DNA of 64,000 nt from the human T2T-CHM13v2.0 reference genome, Homo sapiens: NCBI RefSeq assembly GCF_009914755.1, contig NC_060928.1. One strand, 5' to 3'. The notes below the pieces were generated by a model. That model was not told the DNA's origin. It did not search any database and saw only the letters and a list, made by a program, of their open reading frames with translations. A program made the position numbers and the translations under genes. Below are positions 1 through 11,932 of this stretch, piece by piece. The number at the start of each line of letters is the position of its first letter. Position 1 is the first letter of the stretch.

Positions 1-509
1 GCTGACCCACAGTCAGTGTGGGAGAGAATAAAAAAGTACATGGCAAAGGATGTGGATACAGGGAAGGGTGAAATTCAGATCTCAATGCAATCAAACACAG
101 ACATTTCTTGATGTTAGTTCATCCACTAAATCGCATACAAAACCACAAAGAAAAGCTATATAATAAAAAGTGGCAAACCCAAAATTAAAATAATGGCACA
201 TTGAGAGACATATTTGCATTTCTAATATATAAGGATCACATTCAAATTTATAAGAAAAAAAAAAGATTCCAGTGGTAAATTCCCAAAGGACAGGAAACAA
301 TGTTCCTTTAAGAAGAAATATAAGAAGTGAACAAGTACATGAAACAAATGTCTATCTTCATTTGTGATACAACAATTAAAGCTAACCTAAGATAGAATTT
401 GCACTTAATAAATTAGCAGAAAAATGAAAGTTTTAAACAAGTGCAAATAAAATGGATGAGTTACAATTCCATTGGAACATAATATGGCAATATACAGAAA
501 ATATTTATT

Positions 510-1075
510 GCAACATAATTTTGCTCTTGCTGTTCTGTCTACTTCATCTATTCATATGCCTCAACTCCTTATTTCATTTAAAAATTCTCTCCAAAGTTAC
601 CTTCTCCAAAAGGCCTCCCCTGAGATCCCTGTCTAAAATAGTGTAACTTTCTGTCACCTTTTAGGTTTTCTCCATAGCACCTATTACTATCTGATCATCT
701 ATTATAAATTTAATTGTGATGATGGGCTTTTTTTCATATGTTTCTTGGCCGCATAAATGTCTTCTTTTGAGAAGTGTCTTTTCATATCCTTTGCAAACCA
801 CCATGGCATGTGTATACCTATGTAGCAAGCCTGCACATTCTGCACACATATCCCAAAACTTAAAGTATAATAAAAAAAAATGGCTAGATATGTTGTTTTA
901 GATTAAAAAAAATTTTTAATTGTTTATTTCTTGTAGGTCTCCCTCACTAGAATAAAAACTCAATAAAGACAAGAACTTCGTTCACCGTTTTCACAGCTTT
1001 GTCTCCAGACATAAAACAATGGCCAACACAGACGCTTAAATACTTGGTAAATCAATGAATAAATGAGTAAATAGA
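510..1075 (+). mobile_element. L2 LINE 3' fragment, interrupted by an L1PA insert at ~716-912
   Basis: L2-like motifs 'ttaccttctccaaaaggcctcccctgag', 'tccatagcacctattac', 'tctccctcactagaataaaaactc' and a terminal 'aaatacttggtaaatcaatgaataaatga'. Confidence 0.7.
716..912 (+). mobile_element. Short 5'-inverted (twin-primed) L1PA insertion, approx. L1PA7-8
   Basis: 716-794 is antisense L1 ORF2-end sequence (gtgatgatgggctttttttcatatgtttcttggccgcataaatgtcttcttttgagaagtgtc). 793-880 is the sense L1PA 3' end (gcaaaccaccatggc...cccaaaacttaaagtataataaaa). Near-TSD aaattt(tt)aattgt at 706-717 and 910-923. Confidence 0.85.
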
Positions 1076-1244
1076 TGGCTAAATAAAAAGAGCGAACAAA
1101 TATATATATTCTTTTTATCAGTATAATCATAAAGAAAAAATTCAAAAGAAACAAAAGCTACATTCCATAAGATGTTCGTAAGTGCATTAACTGTAATAGC
1201 AGAAGAGCAAACCCCATCTAAACATCTAATGACAGGGCTTTAGC

Positions 1245-1440
1245 CATTTATTAATCCATTTATTCAAGAAATGTTTTTTGAGTGCTCACTAGATGCTAGG
1301 AACTCTATTTGCCTTTCTACACTGAATTTATTCTAGTGAGAGAAATAGCCATTAAAGACATCAGTATGTACTACGATGCCAGGCAATGATAAATGCTGGG
1401 AAAAGAAAAATCAGGAAAGTTTAAAGAGTGAGGGAATAGG
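1245..1440 (-). mobile_element. L2 3' end fragment
   Basis: 'ccatttattcaagaaatgttttttgagtgctcactagatgctagg' matches the reverse complement of the L2 terminus. Confidence 0.6.
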
Positions 1441-2399
1441 GTATTCAATGTTACCTTATTATTAGGAGATTTATGTAGAAAAGTGTTTATAATTCAATGT
1501 GTGAAATACAACACAACATTATATAGTGAACATTTTAATAGCTATGTAGAAATATATAGTCATGGTAACATGAATTGGAAAATCAAAGAAATAATAATTA
1601 GGTAATAAAACTATGGAAATTTTTAATTTTTAAATTCTTTATTATTGCACTTCTCCATTAAAAAAAAAGCAACATGGAAAAAAAGAAAAGCAACTTGAAC
1701 AAGAAAACCTAAAGTTTAGAACTTCTGGAACATACTGTTCACGCTGTCTTTTGGACAAGCCCCTTAATCTGTATACAAAATAGTTGGGAGGTAGGCTGAA
1801 ACTTTGGCGTTTTGGACCTCCTTTTCTAGAAAATCAACAATATCATTTGCTCCACTTCTTGTTTCAATGAATCATCTGAGTTATCTAGATTTTCTGTTGG
1901 GCACAAAAACATTCATTCCTATCGAAAATAAAACATTCTACAGAAATAATCTACCACAATTTACAATTGAGGTAATTTATTATAATGCCTGAATTCTATA
2001 TTTTAAAGCCAAATTTTCTCTGTCATTCATTTTGGAAAGCTTCAATTATTTTTTCAAGAACTACACAAATTAAAATTCTCTGTGTAAAAGTGAAATACCA
2101 TCCTTCTTTGAAACAACTAATAACTATCACTTGGAGGTTGTCTTCTTTTTTCACAGTCATTGTAAAAGCTACTTTATATATCTTATCTTCACAATAATCT
2201 TAGATGGATGGCTTCATTGACATAGAAACAGGTTCAAAATGCTAAATGTTTGTTACTGGTATGCCTTCTAGTACTGGTGACCAATGGGTAACTAAGAAGA
2301 TGGCAAAGCCCAATCTAACTTATTTATGAACTTGAGGATATTCTTAAACCCAGAGAAATTTGTCATTTTAGTTTGCTGCCATAGAGATTATCTTCCTGC

Positions 2400-2862
2400 A
2401 GCAGACATTTGTCATATTTGGCCACCCACTGTCTGAATCCCTCTTGCCTTTCCTATTGGCATTGCCATCATGATTTTGGTAAATTTGTCATTGATTAATA
2501 GTTTTGACAAGAAAGGAATTTCAGCTGCCTGACTCTCACTGTATAAGCCAAGGGTGGCAGATTCTTCGTCCACCCACCCTTCGCACATCCAGAATCCTAA
2601 ACTCAATCAATGAGACACTTATTCCTGGGATGCTGATTCAATAGTTGAGACCAGATTAATCATGGGGCAGAAGCAGAATGGAGGTCAGAATGGGGGTCAA
2701 TTTTGCCTACCCACCCCCCAGAGGATCCCTTGTTCTTATCTAATCTCCTAATTCCATCCTCCAGAATCCCATCTATTATGTAAATCCCAAATATCCTCAT
2801 GACAAATTTCCTTTGGCTAAGATAGCCAGGGTTGTTTCTGTTCTTATAGCCAACACCCTGGA
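2400..2862 (+). mobile_element. Old ERVL/MaLR-type LTR (MLT1-like), degraded
   Basis: LTR-like 3' end 'caaatttcctttggctaagatagccagggttgtttctgttcttatagccaacaccctgac'. The left boundary is uncertain. Confidence 0.35.
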
Positions 2863-2883
2863 CTGGAGAAATCAAAACATATA

Positions 2884-3672
2884 TGTTATGAGTTGAATTG
2901 TGTCCTCTATAAAAGACAACTGAAGTCCTAATCCCCAGTACCTGTGAATGTAACCTTATTTTTGGAAATAAAGTCTCTGCAGACATAACCAGCATAAGAT
3001 AAGGTCACACTGGAGTAGAGTGGGCCCTTAATCCAATATGACTGGGGTCCTTATAGGAAGAAGATGGGGAGGAATACAGGGAGGAGAATGCCATGTGGAG
3101 CCCAAACATAGAGAAAAGAGTGTCATCTAAGTGCTGCATAAGTCAAAAGCCAAGGTGATATGGTTTTCTGTGTCCTCATCCAAAGTTTGTCTTGAATTAT
3201 AGCTCTCACAGTTCCCACGTCATAGGAGGGACCCAGTGGAAGGTAATTGAATCATGGGGATGGGTTTTTCTCATGCTGTTCTCATGATAGTGAATAAGTC
3301 TCACAAGATGCAGTGGTTTTATAAAGGGGAGTTTCCCTGCACAAGTTCTCTTCTCTTGTCTGCCACCATATGAGACATGCCTTCTATCACGATTGTGAGG
3401 ACTCCCCAGCCACATGGAACTGTGAGTCCATTAAACTTCTTTCTTTTGTAAATTGCCCAGTCTCGGGTGTGACTTTATCAGTAGCATGAAAATGGACTAA
3501 TACACAAGGATTGCTAACAAAACACAGAAGGTAGAAACCAGGAAAGTATCCCCCCAACAGGGTCCAGAAATGGCATGGCCCTGGAAACACCTCAGACTTC
3601 TGGCTCCCAGAACCATGAAAGATGAAGTTCTGTTGTTTTAAGGCACTTTGTTATGGCAGCCCTAGGAAATAT
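2884..3672 (+). mobile_element. MLT1B-like MaLR solo LTR, split by THE1B
   Basis: Starts TGTTATGAGTTGAATTGTGTCC, contains 'gtacctgtgaatgtaaccttattt' and 'ccttaatccaatatgactgg', ends 'tttgttatggcagccctaggaaa'. Confidence 0.85.
3156..3504 (+). mobile_element. THE1B-like MaLR solo LTR
   Basis: TGATATGGTT...GGACTAATACA termini and a perfect 5-bp TSD CAAGG (3151-3155 / 3505-3509). Confidence 0.92.
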
Positions 3673-5425
3673 CTAAACTATTGCTAAAGACACTTATAAA
3701 CCATTAGTCATATTATTTGCTTAAGAAATTCATTATGTATCTGTAACATGGAAATCCTTTCCTAGATAACTGGTCATAAGATTTTTTTCACCCACCCAAA
3801 CCAAGTTTTGCATATAGTAGGCATAAAAATAAGAACTCAGTACATTTAAGCATGCAAATGAACAGAAAGCATAGTTCAAGGTGGGATTACACTAAGAAGT
3901 TATTTATTTTCCAATTAATTCTCATCTCCTCAATACTTCGCTTATTTTGTTATCTACTCATGAACCCAATGTCCCTTCTATCATCAACCAGGTCACTTTC
4001 TGAATATTCTATAAATGTTTACCAAAATAAATCTAGTCCTTGACAAACCAAGAATTAGGTATCATATAGTAGCATGAGATTTTTGGGAGTTTCACCACGA
4101 CAACATTATTAGAACCCTGAAATGTACATAAATAAGGAAAGCAGATTATGACATTTCTTTTATATTTATGTTCAATGTACTGTGAATGATTATGACAGGT
4201 AAAGTGGAAGAGAATTAAAACAGAAAGGACATTGAGATACACATCAAAAGGATACTATCCAGAAAGTGCTTAAATACTGCATGCAACTGCCTTATCAGTT
4301 GACCAGACAGAAATCAGTGCGGTTAACGTGGGCTGTGATTAGATATTTTAACTGCTTTAATGTTCTGTTATATTTTATTCAACAAAGTCATATTTGACTG
4401 CAGAATAGTGGGCAAACCAAAATGTGTGTTACAGGTATTATGTTGGCATTTTTATTTTCTACTGGAACTTTCATTATATATTAGCTTTTCAGTCATTTCA
4501 AAAGTCCTCAAATTTCTTTCTGGTACTGCCTTTTGATTTAGCAACTGGATAGAAACAGCTGAAAGCATTTCTTGGTCTTAAATTAGAGTTGGCCATGACA
4601 AATGTTTCTGCAAGAATATAGGATGAATCCCACACATTTATCACGGCATCTGGGCCATGTTTGTTTCTGTAGGACAGAGGAGAGGGTAGGAAGTATTCTT
4701 ATGTTGGTAAACTGGAAGTCTAAGAATTACACTTGCCATCTGGGATTGTTTTGACGAGAATACTGGCCTGTTCTTCCCACTTAATTACCAAAATCAAATA
4801 TCATGATGCAAAGACAATGGTTTTGGTGATCTAGACTTAAGTAAAACCAGTAAGAATAAACACTTTCACTTAAATATGGTTGTATTTATTTACTATGATA
4901 TTCAACAAGCTTTTAGAGTTTATAGAAAAATTTCATGCATACATTTAGCCTATACAAATACGAAGAAGTTACATAAACCCAACATAATTAAAGCAATTTA
5001 TATAGGGCATAAACTTCATGACATTTACAGTCAACTTGCAAGGAAAGAAGGCAACTAACAGAAATAACTTCTCCCAGCAAAAACACTTTTGTGGTTTGCA
5101 CAGTTCCAAAATACCAGTCTTTAAATATGTACTATTCCACCGAAGTGCCAAAAGGAGAATAGCAAACTAAATAAAAAAAAATATGGCCCCAGTTTAGAAA
5201 TTTGGTAAGAAAGTAACAAGAAGACCTACTTTTATACATGCAAGAGCAAAGAATCAACTTAATTTCTCAAACATTATAATTTCTTTAACTTTATTAGGGA
5301 ATATAATTTCAAATAAATCCCAGATTCACCTAGCTGTATCGAAAATTAATACAATTGAAATACTTCTGGTGTCAAAGCTACTGAGTGCCAAAAATATTCA
5401 AACTTTTCCACTAAAGAATCTCCCC

Positions 5426-5748
5426 AGCCCGGCCCGGTAGCTCACGCTTGTAATCCCCGCACTATGGGAGGCAGAGGCAGGTGGATCACAAGGTCAGGAG
5501 TTCAAGACCAGGCTGGGAAGATAGTGAAACCCCATCTCTACTAAAAATACAAAAATTAGCTGTGGGAGGTGGCGGGTGCCTATAATCCCAGCTACTCCAG
5601 AGGCTAAGGCAGAGAATTGCTTGAACCTGGGAGGTGGAGGTTGCAGTGAGCCGAGATCGCACTGCTGCACTCCAGCCTGGGCGACAGAGCGAGACTCCGT
5701 CTCAAAATTAATTAATTAATTAATTAATTAAATTTAAAAAAATTTTTT
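5426..5748 (+). mobile_element. Alu, AluSg-like, with (ATTA)n tail
   Basis: Full dimer with diagnostic 'ggatcacaaggtcaggagttc' and TSD aa(g/a)aatctccc on both sides. Confidence 0.95.
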
Positions 5749-7395
5749 AAAAATCTCCCTTGTTAAATAGCAGAAGTACTGTGTTTTCAATGCCAAACGG
5801 GCAACTAAGAAGCAGGCTAAGTGGCTGCCTGGGATCATAATCAGAACATGAACTCTCAAGCGCTGCCGCTGATGAAAATAGCACTACATCAAGTTTCTTC
5901 CTATTAGCCGGATGTCCGAGTAAATCTTAGCACACAGACCCATACTCACAGCCCAGTATCAAGCACCAACAATTTTTCAGTGAATGTGCTGTCCAGCCCC
6001 AAATTTGCTCTTGACAGAATTGTTACAACAGTAAACATTTGCCCTGGGCACCAACCTGACACAATTCTTTGACAAGTAGTTTTCCTGCTGCAGTGGAGAG
6101 AACAGATGGTTTGATTCCTGCCTAATAGACTTAGTGGTTGCCTAATTTAAGGAATAATATGGATAAAAACTAGTAGTGGCAGCAACTGATTTTCTGATTC
6201 TGCATTCTGAAACAGTATTTTGGAATCAGTGTTTTTTATTAGCGGTACTCCTTCCAATACCACTTGTAAGGACACTAGTCATCCTGAGGCTCACAGTAAT
6301 TTATTTTAACCCAAGCATTTTCATCTTTGGAAAGCATCCTTATCTCTGCAGAAGGGAATGGTGAAGTCATTTGTTGAAAACCCTTAGCAAAAGGTCCACA
6401 CAAATAAGCACAATCAGATTTGATTCTGGGATGAGGGATGGAAGGGATATGAGACTAAATTCTGAACGTTGGGCTGGGGTGAGCTCCTTAAAAGCAGTCA
6501 CGCCAAAGTCAGTTTCTCTAATTCCCTTTCCTCAAACTACCCACAATATATATCTTTTTATTTTTAATCCAGAAACGTGTCACGTCAATGTTAACAATGC
6601 CTTCCTAAAGCTTCTTCACAGTTCTTCCCCCTCAGAGTGAAAATATCCTGTTCTGATGAGTCCTTGGAGGAAGAAGTAAGCAAAGCCCCAGAGTTACTCC
6701 AGGGAAACTTGTTTCTGCCTTGCTGTCTGGGTTGACTGATTGATTGTATTTTAGAAGCTGGTGAAATGCTGTAGGTGTCTGCAGGCTGAGCATCCCCCTC
6801 AGACACGCAAGCCCGATGGGTGCTTGGATTTAGAGCTGTGTTTGTAAGGTTTTGGACACTTCCTCTCTATGGGATTATCTTAGAATTTTAATGCTGCTAT
6901 CATTATCTTGGGGAGGTGACTGGGCTTGTAAATAGAAAAACCATCAATCTTCCTTCCATTCACAGCCAACATTGCTTCCTTGCCCCAACACACATCCTCC
7001 CAAATAGGCTCAAGGTAGAGGGTGCACCTCCTAACAACTTGCTTTTATCTTAGGGAAAAGGATAAACTTTAAACAGTGTGTGACACACTTTGAGGAAGAT
7101 GTTTAAGAAATACACTAGCAAAAAGTGTCAGAAATAGTACATATTTTGCACAAGCTCAGCCATAGAACAGAGATCAGTCACGACTCTCAGACAAATTTCT
7201 TTAAGTCCCACATCTCATGGAAACAGGCAGCCCAAATGAGCAGAGTCATCTGAGTATAGACGTCAGTTACAGAGCAATAAATGGATGCAGTTTAAGAAAT
7301 ATTTTCTAAAACTGCCAGGCCTTGATATAGGAACATAGAGACGACTTCAAAAATGCTTAAGAAAGGGACAAAGTTGCCAGAATTCAAATAGTGAT

Positions 7396-7748
7396 TGCTA
7401 TGGTCTGAATATTTGTGTCCTCCCCAAATGTTATATGTTAGAATCCTAACCCCAAAGTGATGGTTTAGGAGGTTAGGTTTGGGGAAGGTGATTAGGTCAT
7501 GCGGGGAGAGCCTTCATGAATGGGATCAGTGCCCTTATAAAAGCAGCCCAAGAGACATCCCTTGCTCCTTCCATCAGCAGAGGACACAGCAAGCAGGCAT
7601 TGTCTAAGAGCCAGAAAGCAGGCCCTCACCAGACACTGAATCAGCCTTGATCTTGCACTTCTCAGCCTATACGGCTATAAGAAATAGACTTCTGTTGTTT
7701 ATAAACTACCCAGTTTTTGTTATAGCAGCTTACAGTGGCCAACATACA
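7396..7748 (+). mobile_element. MLT1A0-like MaLR solo LTR
   Basis: Starts TGCTATGGTCTGAATATTTGTGTCC, contains 'gcccttataaaag' and 'ggccctcaccagacactgaatc', ends 'ttgttatagcagc...aacataca'. Confidence 0.85.
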
Positions 7749-7755
7749 ATAACAG

Positions 7756-8213
7756 TGTGGTAGCCACAGACGTGCACCGCTCAGTTTGGCCAAGACAGGA
7801 CCTGCTACAGAGTGTGGTGAGCCAACAGTTCCAGATCCACCATCTTCAAGATCCACTTCAGCACTGTTCCTGGACTTCTCCCAGCCAATACCTGGGCACA
7901 GAGTGGGTACTGGAGCCAGGCCATGTCTGCTCAATCAGGATTCCTTCAATGGACAACCTTTGCTTTGAGCATCCCATTAGCTTCACCAAGTCTTCTCAAG
8001 GAACACTGCAGTCTTCAGTTCTTCCAACCGAATCAGTTGTCTGTCTCCCTCTCTTTCTGCAGGAATGAGACATGTACTGCCATGTAAAGCCTCTCCTTAA
8101 CTGCCCCTGCTCCCCATACCCATTGTCATTCATAGGTGTTTCCTCCAATAAGTCTCTTTCACTTCTAATTCCATCATGGTGTTCACTTCCTGGAGGACCT
8201 AAACTGCTACCAA
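7756..8213 (+). mobile_element. LTR16-family ERVL solo LTR
   Basis: Starts TGTGGTAGCCACAGACGTGCACCGCTCAG and ends 'ccaataagtctctttcacttctaattccatcatggtgttcacttcctggaggacctaaact'. Confidence 0.7.
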
Positions 8214-8319
8214 CAAATATATAAATCAATGCAGTTCTGGCTCATCTCCCTGGGAGATAAAATAATGCTGAAAGTCTAAGTGAATATTAACTATGGAGAG
8301 AAAAAACTAATAATCAAAA

Positions 8320-8487
8320 GCCCACTCCTGCTATAGCTAACCCAGTCCCTCCATAATAACATTAATACATTCATGAGGGTGGATCCCTCATGACCTAATC
8401 AGCTCTAAAAGTCTCCAGTTCTCAACAATGTTACAATGGCAATTAAATTTCAATGTGAGTTTTGAAGGGGACATTCAAACCATAGAA
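8320..8487 (-). mobile_element. MSTC/MSTD LTR 5' fragment
   Basis: 'attcatgagggtggatccctcatgacctaatc...tttcaatgtgagttttgaaggggacattcaaaccatag' is the reverse complement of an MST LTR start. Confidence 0.75.
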
Positions 8488-10081
8488 ACAACTCTCAAAT
8501 AAAGTCTGCATTAGAAAACATCCAGGATTGTGAATTTGCTCTTTGGAAGGCCTTTCGGAGGCAATTCCATTCTTCTTTACCAATGATTTCTCAAGCTTCA
8601 ATTCACTCCAGGTTTGTGTACTTCATCAAGCTTCCTTTCCTGCATGGTTCATGACTCTAAATTATTTACTTGCATCACCTCCATATAAATGTTTATTTTC
8701 TTTGTAAAGGGAGAGAATGGAGGCATAGTATAATTAACCTTCCCATGATGTTGTAGATACTGAGAATGAATTTTTATTAGAGGGTAGGGTGGGAGGCAAG
8801 AGAAAAAGCAAGTGCCTGCTTCATCCCCTGAGTGCCACCTGCATTTAAGGGCACAGACAGTGCCTACCCGAGAGCATCTTGCCCACAGATCAGCCCACAC
8901 ACAGTGCCACTGACAGCTGTGAGGAGAGAACACAAAGGCTGAGATAAATGTGGCACACACTTTAAGACTGCACATATTGGTCATCAAAAGATGCAGAATA
9001 AGCCCCAAAGGAACAGAAATATGAGGCTTATTTTAAGTTTTGAAATCAGCTTTTAAACTCCCCTAGCAAAAATGAGAGATCTTTTTTCCTTTTTAAAGCC
9101 TACAGAACCTCTAATTCTCAATCTGTTGAGAGTTTTACCTCCTTTTACAAACTAACAAAAATAGGCATGCAACCAAGCTCTGAAACTCAGTATAAGAAAT
9201 TGAAATTGTTTTTTCAGAGTTTCTTTGTGGATCAGCATCTTAAATCAGATATTAGGGAACAGGTCACCTTCTCTATCCTTTAAGAAAGGAGAAAAGATGC
9301 TGTTGGAGTTGGTATAAGAAATCCCATTCTTCCTGATTCTAAAGCAGGAAAGATAGCACTAGCAGATACAGGAAAAGCCTGAAAAAATTTATAGAAGAAG
9401 TCGGGAGAAGAGGAAAAGCAAGAAAGAGAGAGAAAGGAATAGGAAACAAACACTTATGGTGCACATTGTTTATATTTTATATAACATCTCACTTAGTTCT
9501 TGCAATTGTCCTAAGACATGGATGGTGCTGCTTCCATGAGGAAAACAAGACTGAAAGAGAAAAAATCACTTTCCCAAACAAACACATAGATCATGGCAGA
9601 ACTGAAAGATTTGAAAGAATAGAAAAAGCATCCATTGTTCATTTAGAAAGCAGTAATTTTGAAAGGTGTGAATATTGAAAAATTTCTTATAAGTTTAGCA
9701 AGAAATAAGAAATGGGCATGTTCTAATAGTAATTCATAGAATCCATTGTATTGACAGATTTGGATTAATAAACAGCTCATTTCTGAAAAAATATATTTCC
9801 CTCATCTCAAAAGGCCTTTCAAAAAGCTTCTCAAATGAAATGGCCTTGACATTTGCCCAGGTGAGGTAAACTTCACTAAACTTAGTAAATGAGTCAATAC
9901 CAACTGGGACGCCACGTTAATCTCATTTTCTTGATCCAGAAGAGCTCTCCGCAATGACTAGGTAGTTGGAGGATGGGATGATACTCAAAATATTAAATGT
10001 CATTTTATTTCCAGGAATTGTGCTAGTAGGCAAACTGTCTTCACATATCAGTGAGGAATTTTTCTGGTATCAAAGTTGATG

Positions 10082-11055
10082 TGAAGCAGTTTAGCAAATT
10101 CTTTGCATACTGACTTCTCCCACTTGGAGCCCAGCTGCTGCCCAGTTTGGATATGGTTTGTTTGATCCCTCCAAATCTCGTTTTAAAATGTGATTCTCAG
10201 TGTTGAAGGTTGGGCCTAATGGGAGATATTTGGGTCATGGGGGTCTTGGATCTCTCATGAATGGCATCCTGCCACCCTTGCAGTAATGAGTAAGTTCTCG
10301 CTCTATTAGCTCCTGTGAGAGATGGTTGTTAAAAACAGCCTGGCACCTCACCCACCCTCTCTGCTGCTTCTCTCCCAATGTGATCTCCACACACTGGCCC
10401 CCTTTGCCTTCTACCATGAGTGGAAGTAGCTTGAGACCCTCATCAGAAGCAGATGGTGGTGCCATGCTTCCTGTACAGCCTGCAGAACCATGAGCCAATT
10501 AAGCTCTTTTCTTTATAAGTTACTCAGCCTTAGGTACTCCTTTACAGCCACACAGACTAAGACACCAGCTAAATCTCTTTTGAAGACAGTGTAATATGTA
10601 AGCTTATAGTGCAAAAGTTGGTAAGTTAAAAGCTGCATTTCCCAGACTGCCCTGAGATAGGGTTCTGGGAGTGGTTTAAGTTATGACACTCAGTAATCCT
10701 CGCACAAGTCATGAATTGAAAACTGAGTTAACCAGCGGAAAAGGCCATGGCAGACTTCTGATGTTTTGTTGGTGCAAATCTAGCAGGCACAGTATGTTCC
10801 CAGAGTTCAAAATTATAGCACAAATTTTCTGACATTCAGATTAAGCTAAGGTGGAGTAATCTTGAAAACAGAGCCAGCAGTGGGGCCAGTGGCTTATCTA
10901 ATTCCTGCTGTAGCATAGGAGAGTTCAAAGGAGTTCAAAAGAGTCAATCCCCAAAGTTTAGCCTGGAGCCCACAAGCACCCACTTCCCCATTTCAAATCA
11001 GTTCATGCTTTAAAATAGCTAGAAAAGTTTATCTGTAACAACAGCCTGACTGACA
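10082..11055 (+). mobile_element. Old ERVL LTR (LTR33-like), split by an MSTB LTR
   Basis: 'ctgcatttcccagactgccc' and an LTR end 'catgcttttaaaatagctagaaaagttt...gcctgactgaca'. The sequence is continuous across the MST TSD. Confidence 0.5.
10136..10564 (+). mobile_element. MSTB1-like MaLR solo LTR
   Basis: TGCTG...TTTGGATATGGTTTGTTTG start, GACTAAGACA end and a perfect TSD CCAGC (10131-10135 / 10565-10569). Confidence 0.9.
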
Positions 11056-11577
11056 TTTAAAAGGCATCCATCTCAGTAAAACAGTTTCAACAATTGAACA
11101 GTTCCTTAGGACAAAATATTTATTCTTTGCTAATTTACAGACCCTATCCATCACAAAATCTTACCAGCACTATTTTCAACATGTCTTCTACATCATGGCT
11201 TTTCTTATCACCATCCCCTGCCCATAGGGATACTAACTCCTTTCCATGGACCCCCCAAAAAGATCACAATATTTAGAAGAATCAGAAAAACAGTTTTTTC
11301 TTTGGAAAATATTGACTGTTAAGTGGAGAGTAATATTAGATAAGTATTCGAATGAGAACAAGATAATACAGCCTTTAAGAAACCGCCATAGAATACTAAA
11401 AACTATAAAATAAACTGAAAAAAGTTAAGAAATACCTAAAATAATGGAGATATAATCATGTTTATGGTCAAGAGATTTAATATTGTTAATATGTCAATTC
11501 TCCAAAATTTATCTACAGATTCAAAGTAATCCTCATCAAGAAAGTAGCAGCTTCTGAATAAATAAAATTTGAAAAGC

Positions 11578-11844
11578 TAAATCTAAAATCAATTTAGAAA
11601 AGCAAACAACCTGGAATAGCCAAAATGATATGATATTTTAAAAGGAAAACAAAGATATCAGGCCTTATACTACCTAATTTTATTTACTATAAAGTTTCAG
11701 ATATCAAAATAAATCTAAAATCAATTTAGAAAAGCAAACAACCTGGAATAGCCAAAATGATATGATATTTTAAAAGAAAAACAAAGATATCAGGCCTTAT
11801 ACTACCTGATTTTATTTACTATAAAGTTTCAGATATCAAAATAA
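11578..11844. repeat. Direct tandem duplication, 2 x 132 bp
   Basis: 11578-11709 and 11710-11841 differ at 2 positions, with TAA microhomology at the junction. Confidence 0.95.
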
Positions 11845-11932
11845 TGGGGTGTTGGCTTAAAAATAATTATATAGCTCAAGAGAACAAAATAAGTATTCCA
11901 AAAAGTAGGCTTAGAAATATCAGGTAAATTGG

